A DNA stretch of 64,000 nucleotides, taken from assembly GCF_009914755.1 (NCBI RefSeq), contig NC_060925.1; one strand, 5' to 3'. Position numbers and translations under genes: made by a program. Source of the DNA: the human T2T-CHM13v2.0 reference genome, Homo sapiens. Below are positions 1 through 12,300 of the stretch, in pieces. Each line of letters begins with the position of its first letter. Position 1 is the stretch's first letter. Under the pieces are notes generated by a model. That model was not told the DNA's origin and did no database searches. It saw only the letters and a list, made by a program, of their open reading frames with translations.

Positions 1-932
1 CATTGTGGATCTACTTACTACATATCAGGCTGTGTTCTAAAGACTCTTAAAAATACTAGAAAGTCTTTAGGGAAACATGTGATTATCTTCTAACATAACA
101 GTGGATCGTGTTAGTCTAAATCGCATTCGAGGAGAATCATGCTTTAGTAATGTATAATTTTTACTCTTGTACTTGTTTGTCATAGGACAAGTTCTACCTT
201 TTGGTAAGTATACCAAAAAATAATTCTCCTAAAGATTATTTACTATATACATATAAAACTCTATCTCAAGGGATTGATTGCTCTACCAGTTTTCAGCATA
301 TCATAATGAATTGTATAAATTATCTAATCATAAATCGTCTCTTGTTAATAAAATACCTAAATTATTTAACAAGTTGGGTAAGATGGAAGGCAAGAAGTGG
401 TAAACTGATTGACTTTTTTAATTATTGAAGATAGGTATCCCTATACAAAATTCAGATTTCTTTGCTCTCAATTTTTCCATTAGTAATGCATAATACTAAG
501 GAAACCACACACAATTATTTTCCTCTCAATGAGGAGTTTGTTTCAATAAATGAGAATTGTGGTTTTATGCTAGGAATTATTGTTGGGTTATTATGTTGCT
601 GTTTGATTGTTTCTGCTCATTATTTAAATATTTAATGAGAGGCTTTATCCAGCTTGTATTCTGAGGCTTTGAAGCAAAGGGCATAATTTAAAATAGCTAA
701 GAAGTAAATAAATGTCATGATATTAAAAAAAATGAGATATGCAAAATATATTAAAAGCACTATTTTAATAATGGAATAATAAATTTTACTTTTCACTTGA
801 GATGATGAAGTATAAAAAATGAGATTTGATCAGCTGTAAAATTTTAGAAACATGGCTATGCAATGCTAATTTTTGTCTGACAGTCTGTTGCAATGCCTGT
901 GCCTAGTTGCTGCTCTAGAATGATGAGGGTGA

Positions 933-1344
<412 letters not shown>

Positions 1345-1541
1345 AGGAGGAATTTTTAATGGTGGGTAGGTTGCTCAAAACTGTTTTTATTCAAAGAGAT
1401 TAGTAACACTCATATGTACATATTTACAACTAAGTAAATATTATGATGACCATTCTACAAAATATAATAATATATTATGATAGAAAAATGTGGATTTAAC
1501 TACTCGCTGTCTTCAAAAATATTTCAGGAATAGTTAATAGA

Positions 1542-1543
<2 letters not shown>

Positions 1544-1588
<45 letters not shown>
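1544..1588. repeat. (TA)n microsatellite
   Basis: Uninterrupted AT dinucleotide run of about 22 units. Confidence 0.97.
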
Positions 1589-1591
<3 letters not shown>

Positions 1592-4500
1592 GTTATGCTT
1601 AAAAGGAAACATGTTTTACTTTAAAACAGAACTCTTAAGTGAGAGGGGTTTGAAGGTTGCAGCAAACTAACATGAGTATAAATCTTTGGCCTAGGTGTAA
1701 GCAGGAGGAAAAATAAAATGGAGATTAAGTACAGAAAAGCACATAATGATATGAGAGTCTCACACATACTTTGAGAATTTTAAAATGTGTTCACCAAAGA
1801 GAAAATGTAGTTGGGCTGTCACTATCTCCTTGAGTATGAATTTTATATTTGATAAAAACTTGGGGAAACTCAAGATAGAGATAAATCTTTTTGCATGGCA
1901 AAGTTCCTCTGTACTCAGTGGTAATATTCTCAGTCTACAACACTCTGGCTGAGTGATGGCAGAATGAAATGTTCAGTTATAATAATGTTCAATTAATTAA
2001 CATAAGATTGATTAATGTTTCAATATTTAAATACTACTCACTGAAGCCACTGAATGTTAAAATACTAGAGAAAATGCTAAAGTTAAAATTTTGGTTATTG
2101 GCATATTTTCTTTAATTTTACCTATTCCTTTAGGAAATACCCAGATAACTACTAAAACAATGAGTGCTAACTGTAAATTTTCCAGTTCATTCTCAAACCC
2201 AGAGAGCTATTTTGAGCAGTTAGCTGTTTAACAAGTTACATTCTCACTGTATGTTACTATTTAATTGTGCAGCAGAAGCAATAAATTGGTACCCAGATGC
2301 CACTGCCAAACAAAAGTACTCTGTAATAGGGGTTGCCAATTTTTGTTTACTCACAGATTATGTATTTATTTATTTTGAGGTTACACTAAAACTATAGACA
2401 CTCCTTTCACAAAATTAACAAGAATATATATAGATAATTTTTAATATAATATCAGAAATCCATGAAGGCATTTATCCCATTCATAAATCTCTTCTAAGAA
2501 TCCATGGATGCAGATTAAAAATTTTATTTAAAGAAGAAAAAATAAAATATTCTTATTTACATTTATGTACATAATTTCTAGATCAGTGATGTCTCTTGAC
2601 ACGACTAAATAAATTGGTAACAAACTCTCAACAACTATATTTATAAATGCATGTATATAATTCTGTTCTGAAATATTATATACATAAAATGTACAGAAAA
2701 TCAAAATTTAAAGTGATTAGATAAACTACCTTTTCAAGTATTTTAATTCTGTAAATGAATGTTTTTTGTGATGCTCACTCTACATCAGATACTCCTGTTA
2801 TAGGTTAGAAACAAACATTTCAATTTTGCCTACTTTTAAATATTTCTGTTATTTGAAAAACTGTTTTGCCATGTTTAAAACCTTTTTATGTGCAAATGAT
2901 ATCTGTGTATTTTTACCTTATAAACCACATGGTATTTGGCTTAAATATTAAATTTTGTTCTTTGTTTAGTTAATCAAAGTCAAAGTGTTATTTAGAAAGA
3001 TATTCATTTGAGACCTTACATTTGAAAAAGTAATGGTTTCAAAACTATTGAGGAACAGCTGGCTGAATTTCTGAATTTGGGTGGATTAAAGCTTTCTAGC
3101 AGTAACTTCTTTTACAAATATAATATAAGCTACCAGTTTGCACTGAAGTGCAATTGACTTTATCAAATATTTTAAAGTATTTACTTGATTTATTTGCAGT
3201 GCTAAAGATACAGAGATAAATACAATTCGGTCCCTACAATTAAAGATCTTTCAGTCTGGTGGCATAAAAACATCTATACCAGTTTTTATTACTTTTACAC
3301 ACAAGTGGATCAATAGATAAAACATTATTGTTTATTTATCTCTTTCAGTGATCTCAGTAAGTTATATTTATTTTAATTCCACCAAATATCTAGCAATTGG
3401 TCAATAGTTCTTTATTTAAATAATATAAGTCCTAATTTTCTTGCCAGGGCAATACATATTAAAGGTTAGAATTTAAATTTAAATTAGTATTTAAATTCAA
3501 TCTTATATTGTGTGGAAATAACAGCCATGAACATTTCCCCTTTACTTGGTCATGTCCTCTCTTACAAAATTTAGTTTAGCTCAGTCATACATGTGGCTGC
3601 TCTTTAAATAGTTGAGGACTCATTATGTTTCCATTTATTGCTTTGGTTTCTTTATGTAGCTTCAATATATTAATACCATAATCTACACACATACCTTCCA
3701 ATTATATAACGTATATTGAGGTCTGAGGACTCCCCAAAAATATTTTCCTTAATCCTTCACTCCAATTCTAAAAATTCGAGCGTGAAAAAAGTAAATAGCA
3801 TAGCAAAAATGACATCTTCATTACTAATACAGATAAATCAGATGATATAGCTTATCTCAAGAATCAAATTCATCTATTGGTTGAACACTGGAGAAATTAC
3901 CACAGCAGACTTATGCATAGCAAAACTGGGGAAGAATTCTGAATATGGAAGTCAACACAACTCCTAATGAGACAAAAGTTATAAAGTGTTTGGAATTTAG
4001 TTGAGACTTTACTACACACATTCAGCAGATGGTATATTTTCAGCATTCATGTGAATGAATTTTGTTTACTTTTTTCACTACCTCCCTACAGCCTTTCTTC
4101 TCTCTCCAAACTGAATCTTGGGAAAACTTTGAGAGACATTAAAGTTTGAGGAACTGATTGCTAAGAATGTATTGAAAAAGTGTGCAATTCTGAACAGTGA
4201 GTAAAGCTTTTTACAGAAATAACCCTACTGGTGATGCATACTGAGAATTTTAACTATTCCATAATGCAAGATTTCTGCTTAATGGGGCAGAAAGCAGTAA
4301 CGATTGGAAAACAATGCCAGTTAAATAGACTCGAGCTGTGTTAGCTGAAAACCCTTGAGAACAGGGGATTAGAAGTAAGAATTGTGCATGCTGACGTTTC
4401 CAACTGTGTATCTAAACACATGTATTCCTCTTAAAACTAATATAGTAGCCCATTAAGTCTACTAGCTAGTGAATAGTAAAACCAAAGTTCAGGAATAGCT

Positions 4501-4709
4501 ATGTCTTCATAACAAGTGTACTTATACACAATCACTATATTATATTGGCATGTTATATAAATAGACAATAACCTTAAAATATTATTATATTAAGAAAAAG
4601 TTGGTATACATAGACACTACTCATAACCAATGCCAGTAAAATTACAAATAACATTTACTTTAGTTAATAATTCTCTTAACATGTAATGACAATCCATGTT
4701 ATTGGCAAG

Positions 4710-4910
4710 AAAGCTGGCCTTTGGGAATGAATCAGCCGAGAGTTATTATTCTGTAATCTATTATTCTGTAATCTTGCTCAAGAATGCTGAGTCCTCTCAG
4801 ATTCAAATCTCCCATTTCATAGCTGTGTTGTGAGAGTCGACTATTATAATGTATAAAAAAAGATGTTTAACCCAGTGTCTAGTAAGCATACAGTATGTGA
4901 AAAATATTGT
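4710..4910 (+). mobile_element. Degenerate MIR-like SINE relic
   Basis: CATAGCTGTGTTGTGAG...ATAATGTATAAAA...CCCAGTGTCTAGTAAGCATACAGT resembles the MIR 3' half. Confidence 0.35.
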
Positions 4911-5732
4911 TGGGAAAGCTTTAGGTGATTACTATAATAGAATCAAGGTGACTACACAATAGGAATGTGACTATAAATTGCTAGGATTTTATTTTATTGA
5001 CCTTTGTGTCACTGATAATATATTATACAAGCAAAATAACCATATTTTGACTCATTGATTATAAAACAATTATGACAATTGTATTATATGATTGTAATAA
5101 AACAAATAAAATAGAAAAACTCAGTTTTTTTTTGTCTGAATATATTCAAGTATTTTTCGAAGTACACTAAATAAAATGGAGCCTAACAAAATAGTCATAT
5201 TTTATTATTCTTAATACTATAACAGCTATTTCAATACAAATAAAAAACACTACAATATAACCTAAATAGATATAGTTATCATTGTTTTTATATCCTAAGA
5301 GAAATAAGTATATGATTATCAGACAGAATAAAAAAGAAAAGCCATTGAAGTTGACAGAAAATGTTTGCATATAGTTTTTAAATCTTTTATTGTCAGCACT
5401 TTGGAATCCAGTGGTTATTATATTCCATGAAAAATCAACTTTGCTTTCTCAGGTAAACTAATTTCCAAAAGAGATAGCCATATATCATGCTCCTATCCCT
5501 CCAAAGAAATTAGATTATAAACCTACCAGCAGCTCAACGAAAGCTTATGAGATTCTTTTCTCTTTATCTTATGCTAAGGATGTGGAAACTACATAAAACC
5601 TATATATTCAGAGTCTATCCAAATTGAAAAGAAAGAAGTTTGAAATCCATGTTACCTACTAATATAGTTTTATTATATATATTATTATATATAAAATATT
5701 TACATTGAAAATTATATATCTTTTAAGGATAG

Positions 5733-5772
<40 letters not shown>

Positions 5773-5784
5773 CACATATATGTG
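5733..5784. repeat. Compound (TA)n(TG)n(CG)n alternating purine-pyrimidine microsatellite
   Basis: TATATATA (TG)13 CGCGCG CACATATATGTG. Confidence 0.95.
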
Positions 5785-7336
5785 CCAGTTTCCAGTTCTG
5801 TATTTGGAGTGAGAAAAGATTAATAACAATGCATTGCTGCATTGCTGCCCCATTTAAGATTTCTCCCACAATTAACTAAAATAACTCAGTTATTTTCTGC
5901 ACACAGACCTCTGTGTCAATCAGTCATTTTTCCAGTTTCTTGACTTCCTGCTGTGAAAAGAATACATGAACAAAATGTCTAGCATTCATATCTGACAAAA
6001 CAGTGTCAAGCAGTGCTTTCAAATGTTTTCTCTCTACAAAAGAAGGCCATTTGTATCACACTACATATTAGCCACTATTACAACTGAGCAAAACATTTTT
6101 AAATTGTTTTGCTCAATTTTTTTTTTACCTCAGTACATTTATGTAACTCTTAGCTAAGTAACCTGAGGAAGTTGTAATCCTGTTCTGATTAGTCAAAGAT
6201 TACAATAAGACTACTGTCATTATGTCAGTCTTAGCTGTCAAACTATGATGTCTTTGAGGAAGAAGACATTGTTTTCTTTTTCTTTCATCACCTTTTTTCC
6301 ACAGGCCCAATCCAGGCTGCTTCCATTTACACAAACATTGTTTCAGGAGGGCCAACTATCTTCTTCTCACAATCCCAGGTATACACAGAATAATATATAT
6401 CGAAAGTTATCAGAATATATGTATACATGTGTATATGTGTGTATATATGTGTATATACAACCTACCACAAGACATTAGCTACCTAACCACTTATAATATG
6501 CTTTCAATGTTACTTCTTTCTTTCATCAATAATGTTTTCCTTTGGGAAATCTATTTAATTTTTCTTAATGTTGTCTTTTCTTAGGCACGACTGCACAGTT
6601 GATGTTCCTGTGTTCTACTTTTAATAAAATTCATAGTTCATGTCACAGTTCATCCATCTTTTCCTTTGCTCTTTCAAACCCAGAAAGTTCTCCTTGTGTA
6701 CTGCTTTGTTCTGAATTCATCACGTGGACCAATAAGTTTTGGAAGCACACAGTAAGAACAAGAATAGGTAATTATGTCTGTCCTTGAGAAATAGCCTTTA
6801 CAGTATTAGACATATTAATATTTTATGAATATATTTAAATATGATTTTGTCATGTTTGTTTAAGCAGTATAAAAAAGCAAACATATTTGGCTAGGGTGGT
6901 AGAGAGATATTTCTTTAGAAAGTGACTTTTTTGTCTTGCTTTGTTTCTTCAGGGATATGAAATTACTGTGAACATATATTCATGTTGAACTTGATTTTTA
7001 AAGGCCAATATTCTGCCCAAACCTACAGCGAGGAGCATTCTATTCAACAATACCTTTTTTTTGCACACAAAATTTTTCCAAATCTGGCACTTCGACTTAT
7101 GTATAAAACCTTCTCTCTAATTTGTTCTTCCTTGTCTGCTCCAAAGGAACTGCTATATGTACCGACCTTTGAACCCATAACACCCAGTTTGGCTTTTTCT
7201 CAAGCTGTGGCCTCTCTAATGACTCCCCTATTTCCATTTATTGACACCACATGCCAAGACAAACGATTCCAGCCTGACTGGCTCTCTAGCCTCATAGCCA
7301 GGATCATAGTATCTTGGATTCATGCTGTTGGGTAGC

Positions 7337-7359
7337 GTGTGTGTGTGTGTGTGTGTGTG
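7337..7359. repeat. (GT)n microsatellite
   Basis: Direct reading. Confidence 0.95.
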
Positions 7360-7680
7360 CATATGCAAGAGAAGATCTTCCAAGTCCATTCAGAGAACAA
7401 CTAGTATTCGCAAATAAATAAATCAGTCAAGCTTACTAGCTATCATCATCATTAAGGATCAGCAGTAAGTAAAGATCAGGTTGATTTCAGGACTTCAGAA
7501 AATAACTTTTGCATACTCTTACATTTGATATCCTTCAAAATTCTAACACTTGACCATCTCTCTTAGCAATCTAAATATGCTTCCTTCATGATCTTATCTC
7601 ACCAGGTCTATAGGTTAAAAATGTTATTTTTGGTGTTGACTCTCAAATTATTTCCTTCAAACTGCACTACTCAATACTAC

Positions 7681-7820
7681 ATAATAAAAGCTAATTTTTA
7701 TTAAGTAACCACTGCACACTCAATCTGCCCTAAGAACTTTTATATTTTAACTCATTTAGCCCTCAAAAGAATTGTATCTATTTTTACCTCCTTTAGAGAT
7801 GAAAACTGGAGCATATACAT
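7681..7820 (-). mobile_element. MIR SINE fragment
   Basis: ATAATAAAAGCTAATTTTTATTAAG...AACTCATTTAGCCCTCA...TTTAGAGATGAAAACTGGAGCA follows the MIR antisense core. Confidence 0.65.
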
Positions 7821-8344
7821 GACATATGTGAAACCAGCTAAAATTTTCAATTCCTTTAAAACTACACTTTGTTTGAAATGTTTTAGGGACAGTGCATTAA
7901 ATCAAAGAAATATATTAAAAAAACTTCTAATACAATAGAATTCTGATAAGGGATTAGTTTTTGTATAAGCCTGTTCCAATGTTTGTATCATGTAAATTAT
8001 CTCTTACTCTTTCAATATATTACATGGGTAAATCAAACAATAGCAAACATTTTAAACCAAAGATATTTTCATAATCAGAGTTGTAGAACTCAAACGTATT
8101 GCAGGTTTAAATAATTTGATAAGTGTCAGAAAAACAAAATTGAGACAGTCATTGTAATACTTAATTTTTCCACCCAGATAACACTGCTATCAACTTCTTC
8201 TCTATCTTTCATTCTATTTTAATACAAGCTCTTATGCATACATAATATATATACATATAGATATGCACATTATATTTAATAGCTGCACAGTATTCAATGG
8301 TGGGGATTTACTTTAGTGTATTAGCTTTTTTTAAGATTTAGGCT

Positions 8345-8868
8345 TGTATCAGTTAGCTTTGGTGAATAACAAACATACCACAAGTTAGTGCCTTAAATAC
8401 CCAATTTACTATTTGGTATAGATTGATAAGTGAGATGGTTTTTCTAATTTGGACCAGGGTAGGCTCACCTTGGGTGGGCTTACTCTTGTATCTGTGGTTA
8501 TCTGTGTGGTTGGCTCTTGACTGGATAATCTAGAATAGCCTCAGTTTAAATATGAGTTTTTCCCCACCATGCGGTCTCTAATTCTCCGACTTACACAAGA
8601 CTTGTTCTCATAATAGTAACAGATAACCAAAAGAGAGAACCATCTTAATCAAGTTTTGAAGGAGAAAGTAGAGAATCAAGAGTGACAGTATAAATATGCA
8701 GCTTCTTTTTTGGACCTCTACTTGAACCAAATTAGTTACTAGCTAATTGACAAAAGCAAGTCACAGGACCAAGCACATACTTCATAATGAAGAAGGGGAC
8801 TCACCCACAAAGTGACTATGTAGGCAGGCATGGAATATTGTCTTCATTGATAAAATATATTTGCACAA
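8345..8868 (-). mobile_element. Old MaLR LTR (MLT1H/I/J-like)
   Basis: Starts TGTATCAGTTAGCTTT...ATAACAAAC...AGTGCCTTAAA; contains AAAGCAAGTCACAGGACCAAGC motif. Confidence 0.6.
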
Positions 8869-10167
8869 AGTTTTATTATCTTGATTTTTTCTTAAGATAA
8901 AGGGCAGGAAACATTCTTTAGCTAACAATTTTCATTTTATTTTTAAATTATTTTTAATGAGAAAAATTGTATACATTTATTGTGTACAAAATAAAATTGT
9001 TAAATCAAGCTAATTAAAATATCAATTACCTGATATACTTATCATTTTTTGTTGTAAGAACACTTACAATTGACTCTCTTAGCAATCCTTACTCATATGT
9101 TACTTCATTATTAATTATAGTCACCATGTTGACAATAGTTCTCTGTATCTTGTTTCTTCATTATAACTGAAGTTTTGTATCCTTTGATTAACATCTTCCC
9201 AATCCCACTCCCACCTCCAGCCACTGGAAAACACCATTCTACTCTGAGTCTATGAGTACAAATTTTTTAAGGTCCCACAAAAAAGTGAGATCATATGGTG
9301 TTTAACTGTTTGTACCTGGTTTATTTCACTTAAATTCATGTCCTCCACATTCATCTTTGTTTTCACAAATGATAGGAATTCTGATATACACAGTAATGGA
9401 ATTGTTGGATCATATTGCCATTTTATTTTAATTTTTTGAGAAATTTTCATACTCTTTTACACAAATCCTGAACCAATATACACTCATAACAACAATGCAC
9501 AAGTGTTCCCTGTTCTCCACACCTTCATCAACATGCTATCTTTGTCTCTTTAATGAAAGCCGTAATAATAAATGTGAGGTGATATCTCATTGTGGTTTTG
9601 ATTTTGCATTTTCCTGATCATTAGTAATGTTGAACATTTCTTCATATACCTGTTGGTCATTTGTATGCCATCCTTGAAGGCATGTCGATTCAAGTCCTTA
9701 AACCATGTTTTTAAATGTTTGTCTTCTTAATATTGAGATATTTGATTTCCTTATATACTTGGAATATTAACCTCTTATCAGGAGTGTGACTTGCAAATAT
9801 GTTCTTTCCTTCTGTAGGTTGTCTCTTTATTCTGTTGATTTTTTCATTTGTAGTGCAGAAGATTTTTGCACAGTCCCATTTGCCTATTTTTGCTTTTGTT
9901 GTCTCTGCTTTTGAAGTCATTTCTAAAGCATTATTGTCCAGATTAATGTCAAAATGCCTTTCCCTATGTTTTCTTATAACAGTTTTACAGTTTCTATCTT
10001 AAGTTTACATTTTAATCCATTTTAGATTTATTTTTGTATAGGATGTGAGTCAAGAGTCTAATTTTCTTCTGCATGTATATATTCCATTTTCTCCACACAA
10101 TTTATCAAAGAGACTCTTTCCTCCATTTTGTATTTTTCACACATTTTTTTAAAAAAATCAATTAACC

Positions 10168-10533
10168 AAATAAATCAGGCATAGTAAGACAAATAGTGCA
10201 TTATCTTGCTTATATAAGGAATATAAAAAAGTTGAACTCATAGATGCAGAGTAGAATGGTGGTTGCCAGGAGCTGGATGTGGGAGTAAAATTGGGAAGGT
10301 TTTGGTCAAGGACACAAAATTTTAGTTAGATAAGAGAAGAAGTTCTGGGATGATTAATAATAATGTATTGTTTCTTGAAAACTACTAAGAGAGTGGATTT
10401 TGTGTTATTGACACACAAAAAAAAGATGTTTGTGAAGTAATACAAATGTTAATTAGTTTAATTTAGCCATTCCACAACTTATTCATACTTCATGATAAAT
10501 AGGCATGATTTTTACCAATTAAAAATATAAATA
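10168..10533 (+). mobile_element. L1MA 3'-end fragment nested inside the antisense L1
   Basis: GTTGAACTCATAGATGCAGAGTAGAATGGTGGTTGCCAGG...GTTAATTAGTTTAATTTAGCCATTCCACA; flanked by duplicated AAAAAA(T)CAATT(A/G)AC. Confidence 0.8.
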
Positions 10534-10696
10534 GGCCGACCACAGACTAAAAATAAAATTAGCCAGTCATGCCTGTAGCCCCAGCTTCCTGGGAGACTGA
10601 TGCAGGAAGCTCAATTGAGCTCAGAGTTTGAGGATGCAGTGAGTTATGATAATGCCACAGCATCCTAGCCTGAGTGACACAGTGAGACCTTGTTGC
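10534..10696 (+). mobile_element. Old Alu right-arm fragment (AluJ/FRAM-like)
   Basis: AAAATTAGCCAG..GCCTGTAGCCCCAGC...GAGTTTGAGGATGCAGTGAGTTATGAT...GTGAGACCTTGT. Confidence 0.8.
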
Positions 10697-10915
10697 ATAT
10701 ATATATATATATATATGAGTTATATCTCCTATATATAGTTATCTCCTATATATAATCTCCTATATTGATATGTAAGACAGAGAGATATAGATATATATGT
10801 GTATATATATCTATAGGTACACCTACAATATATATTATTGATATACATATATATTCCTAGCACATTAAAAATAATATATATATGTGTGTGTGTAAATATA
10901 TATTTAATATGTATA
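10697..10915. repeat. TA-rich low-complexity tract
   Basis: (TA)n runs with repeated TATCTCCTATAT units, in the position of the Alu tail. Confidence 0.85.
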
Positions 10916-11668
10916 AATGAGGAAAACTTAAAAAAAACAATTGACTGTAAATGTGTGGATTTATTTCTGGGCTCCCTATTCTCTTCCACTGGTTTGTGTA
11001 TCTGTTTTTATGCTGGTACCAAGCTGTTTTCATTACTATAGCTTTGTAATATATTTTAGTCCAGGTACAAGTGGTGTGATGCCTCTGACTTCATTTTTGT
11101 TCAAGCTTGCTTTCATTATTCAGGATTTTCTGTGGTTTTGTAAAAACATGATTTATTTCCTATTTTTACAAAACATTTTAATGGAAATTTGATAAGGATT
11201 GCATAAAATCTGTAGATTGCTTTTGTCAATATAAACATTTCAACAATATTAATTTTTACAATTCAGGAACACAGAGGATCTTTTAATTTTTCTGTGCCTT
11301 TTTTGATTTCTTTCATGAATGTTTTCTTTTTTCAGTATATACATCTTTCATCTCATTTGTTAGCTTTATTCATAAGTATTTTTTTGGAAACTACAGTGAA
11401 TAAGATCAGTTTGTTAATTTCTTTTTTGCACAATTTATTGTTAGTGTATAGAAATGCTACTGAGTTTTATGTGTTGTTTTTATCCTGCAGCTTTACTGAA
11501 TTTATTGGTCCTATTTTTGGTGGAGTCTTTATAGTTTTCTATATATAATATGATATCACCAGCAAACAGAGACAATTTAACTTTTTCCTTCTGATTCAGA
11601 TGGCTTTTATTTTATTTTCTTCCTTAATTGCTCTGGCTAAGACTTCCAGTAGTATAGTAAATAGAAGT

Positions 11669-12300
11669 ATAAATTCCTAGGATGATATAACCTACTAAGA
11701 CTAAATAATTAAATAGATAATCTGAACAGACTCATAATGAGTAAGAAAATTGAATTAGTAATAAAAAATCTCCCATCAGAGAAAAGGCCAGGATTTGGTA
11801 GCTTTAGTGTGGAACACTACCAAATATTTAAAGAGCTAATTCCAATTCTTCCCAAACTACCAAAAAATTGAGAAGAGGAGACTACTTCCAAACTCACTCT
11901 ATGAGGAAAGAATTATCCTGATAAGTAAAGCCAGATAAAGAAATCACAAGAAAAGAAAATTACAGCTCAGTATACCTGATGATCACAGATTCAAAAATCC
12001 TCAGCAATCTATCACTTTAAGCCAGTGAGATTTATTCCTAGGATGCAAGGATGGCTCAAGATATACTAAGCACTAAATAAGATATCACATTAGTGATGAG
12101 GAACAAAAACCATACTATAATATCAATAGATGCAGAATAAACATTTGACAAGATTCAACATCATTTATGATAAAAACTCAAAAATTATGTATAAAAAGGA
12201 CACACTGCAACACAATAAAGACTATATATAAACAAGCCCACAGCAAACATCATACACAATGATGAAAAGTTAAAACCTTTTCCTCTAAGATGAGGAAGAA
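11669..12300 (+). mobile_element. Inverted 5' segment of the same L1 (ORF2 RT region)
   Basis: ATAAATTCCTAG...GAAAAGGCCAGGA...GGATGCAAGGATGG...TCAATAGATGCAGAATAAACATTTGACAAGATTCAACA...TTTCCTCTAAGA aligns with 26720-27400 of the L1PA copy. Confidence 0.85.

Larger units (their letters stand above)
8930..11668 (-). mobile_element. L1MA-type LINE, 3' UTR and ORF2 3' part (sense segment of a twin-primed insertion), interrupted at 10168-10929
   Basis: L1MA 3' end antisense at 8930-9300; ORFs 9250-9450 and 9711-9920 are L1 ORF2-like (KAETTKAKIGKWD, YDPTIPLL); resumes at about 10936 and ends in the LEVLARAI-coding region. Confidence 0.85.
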
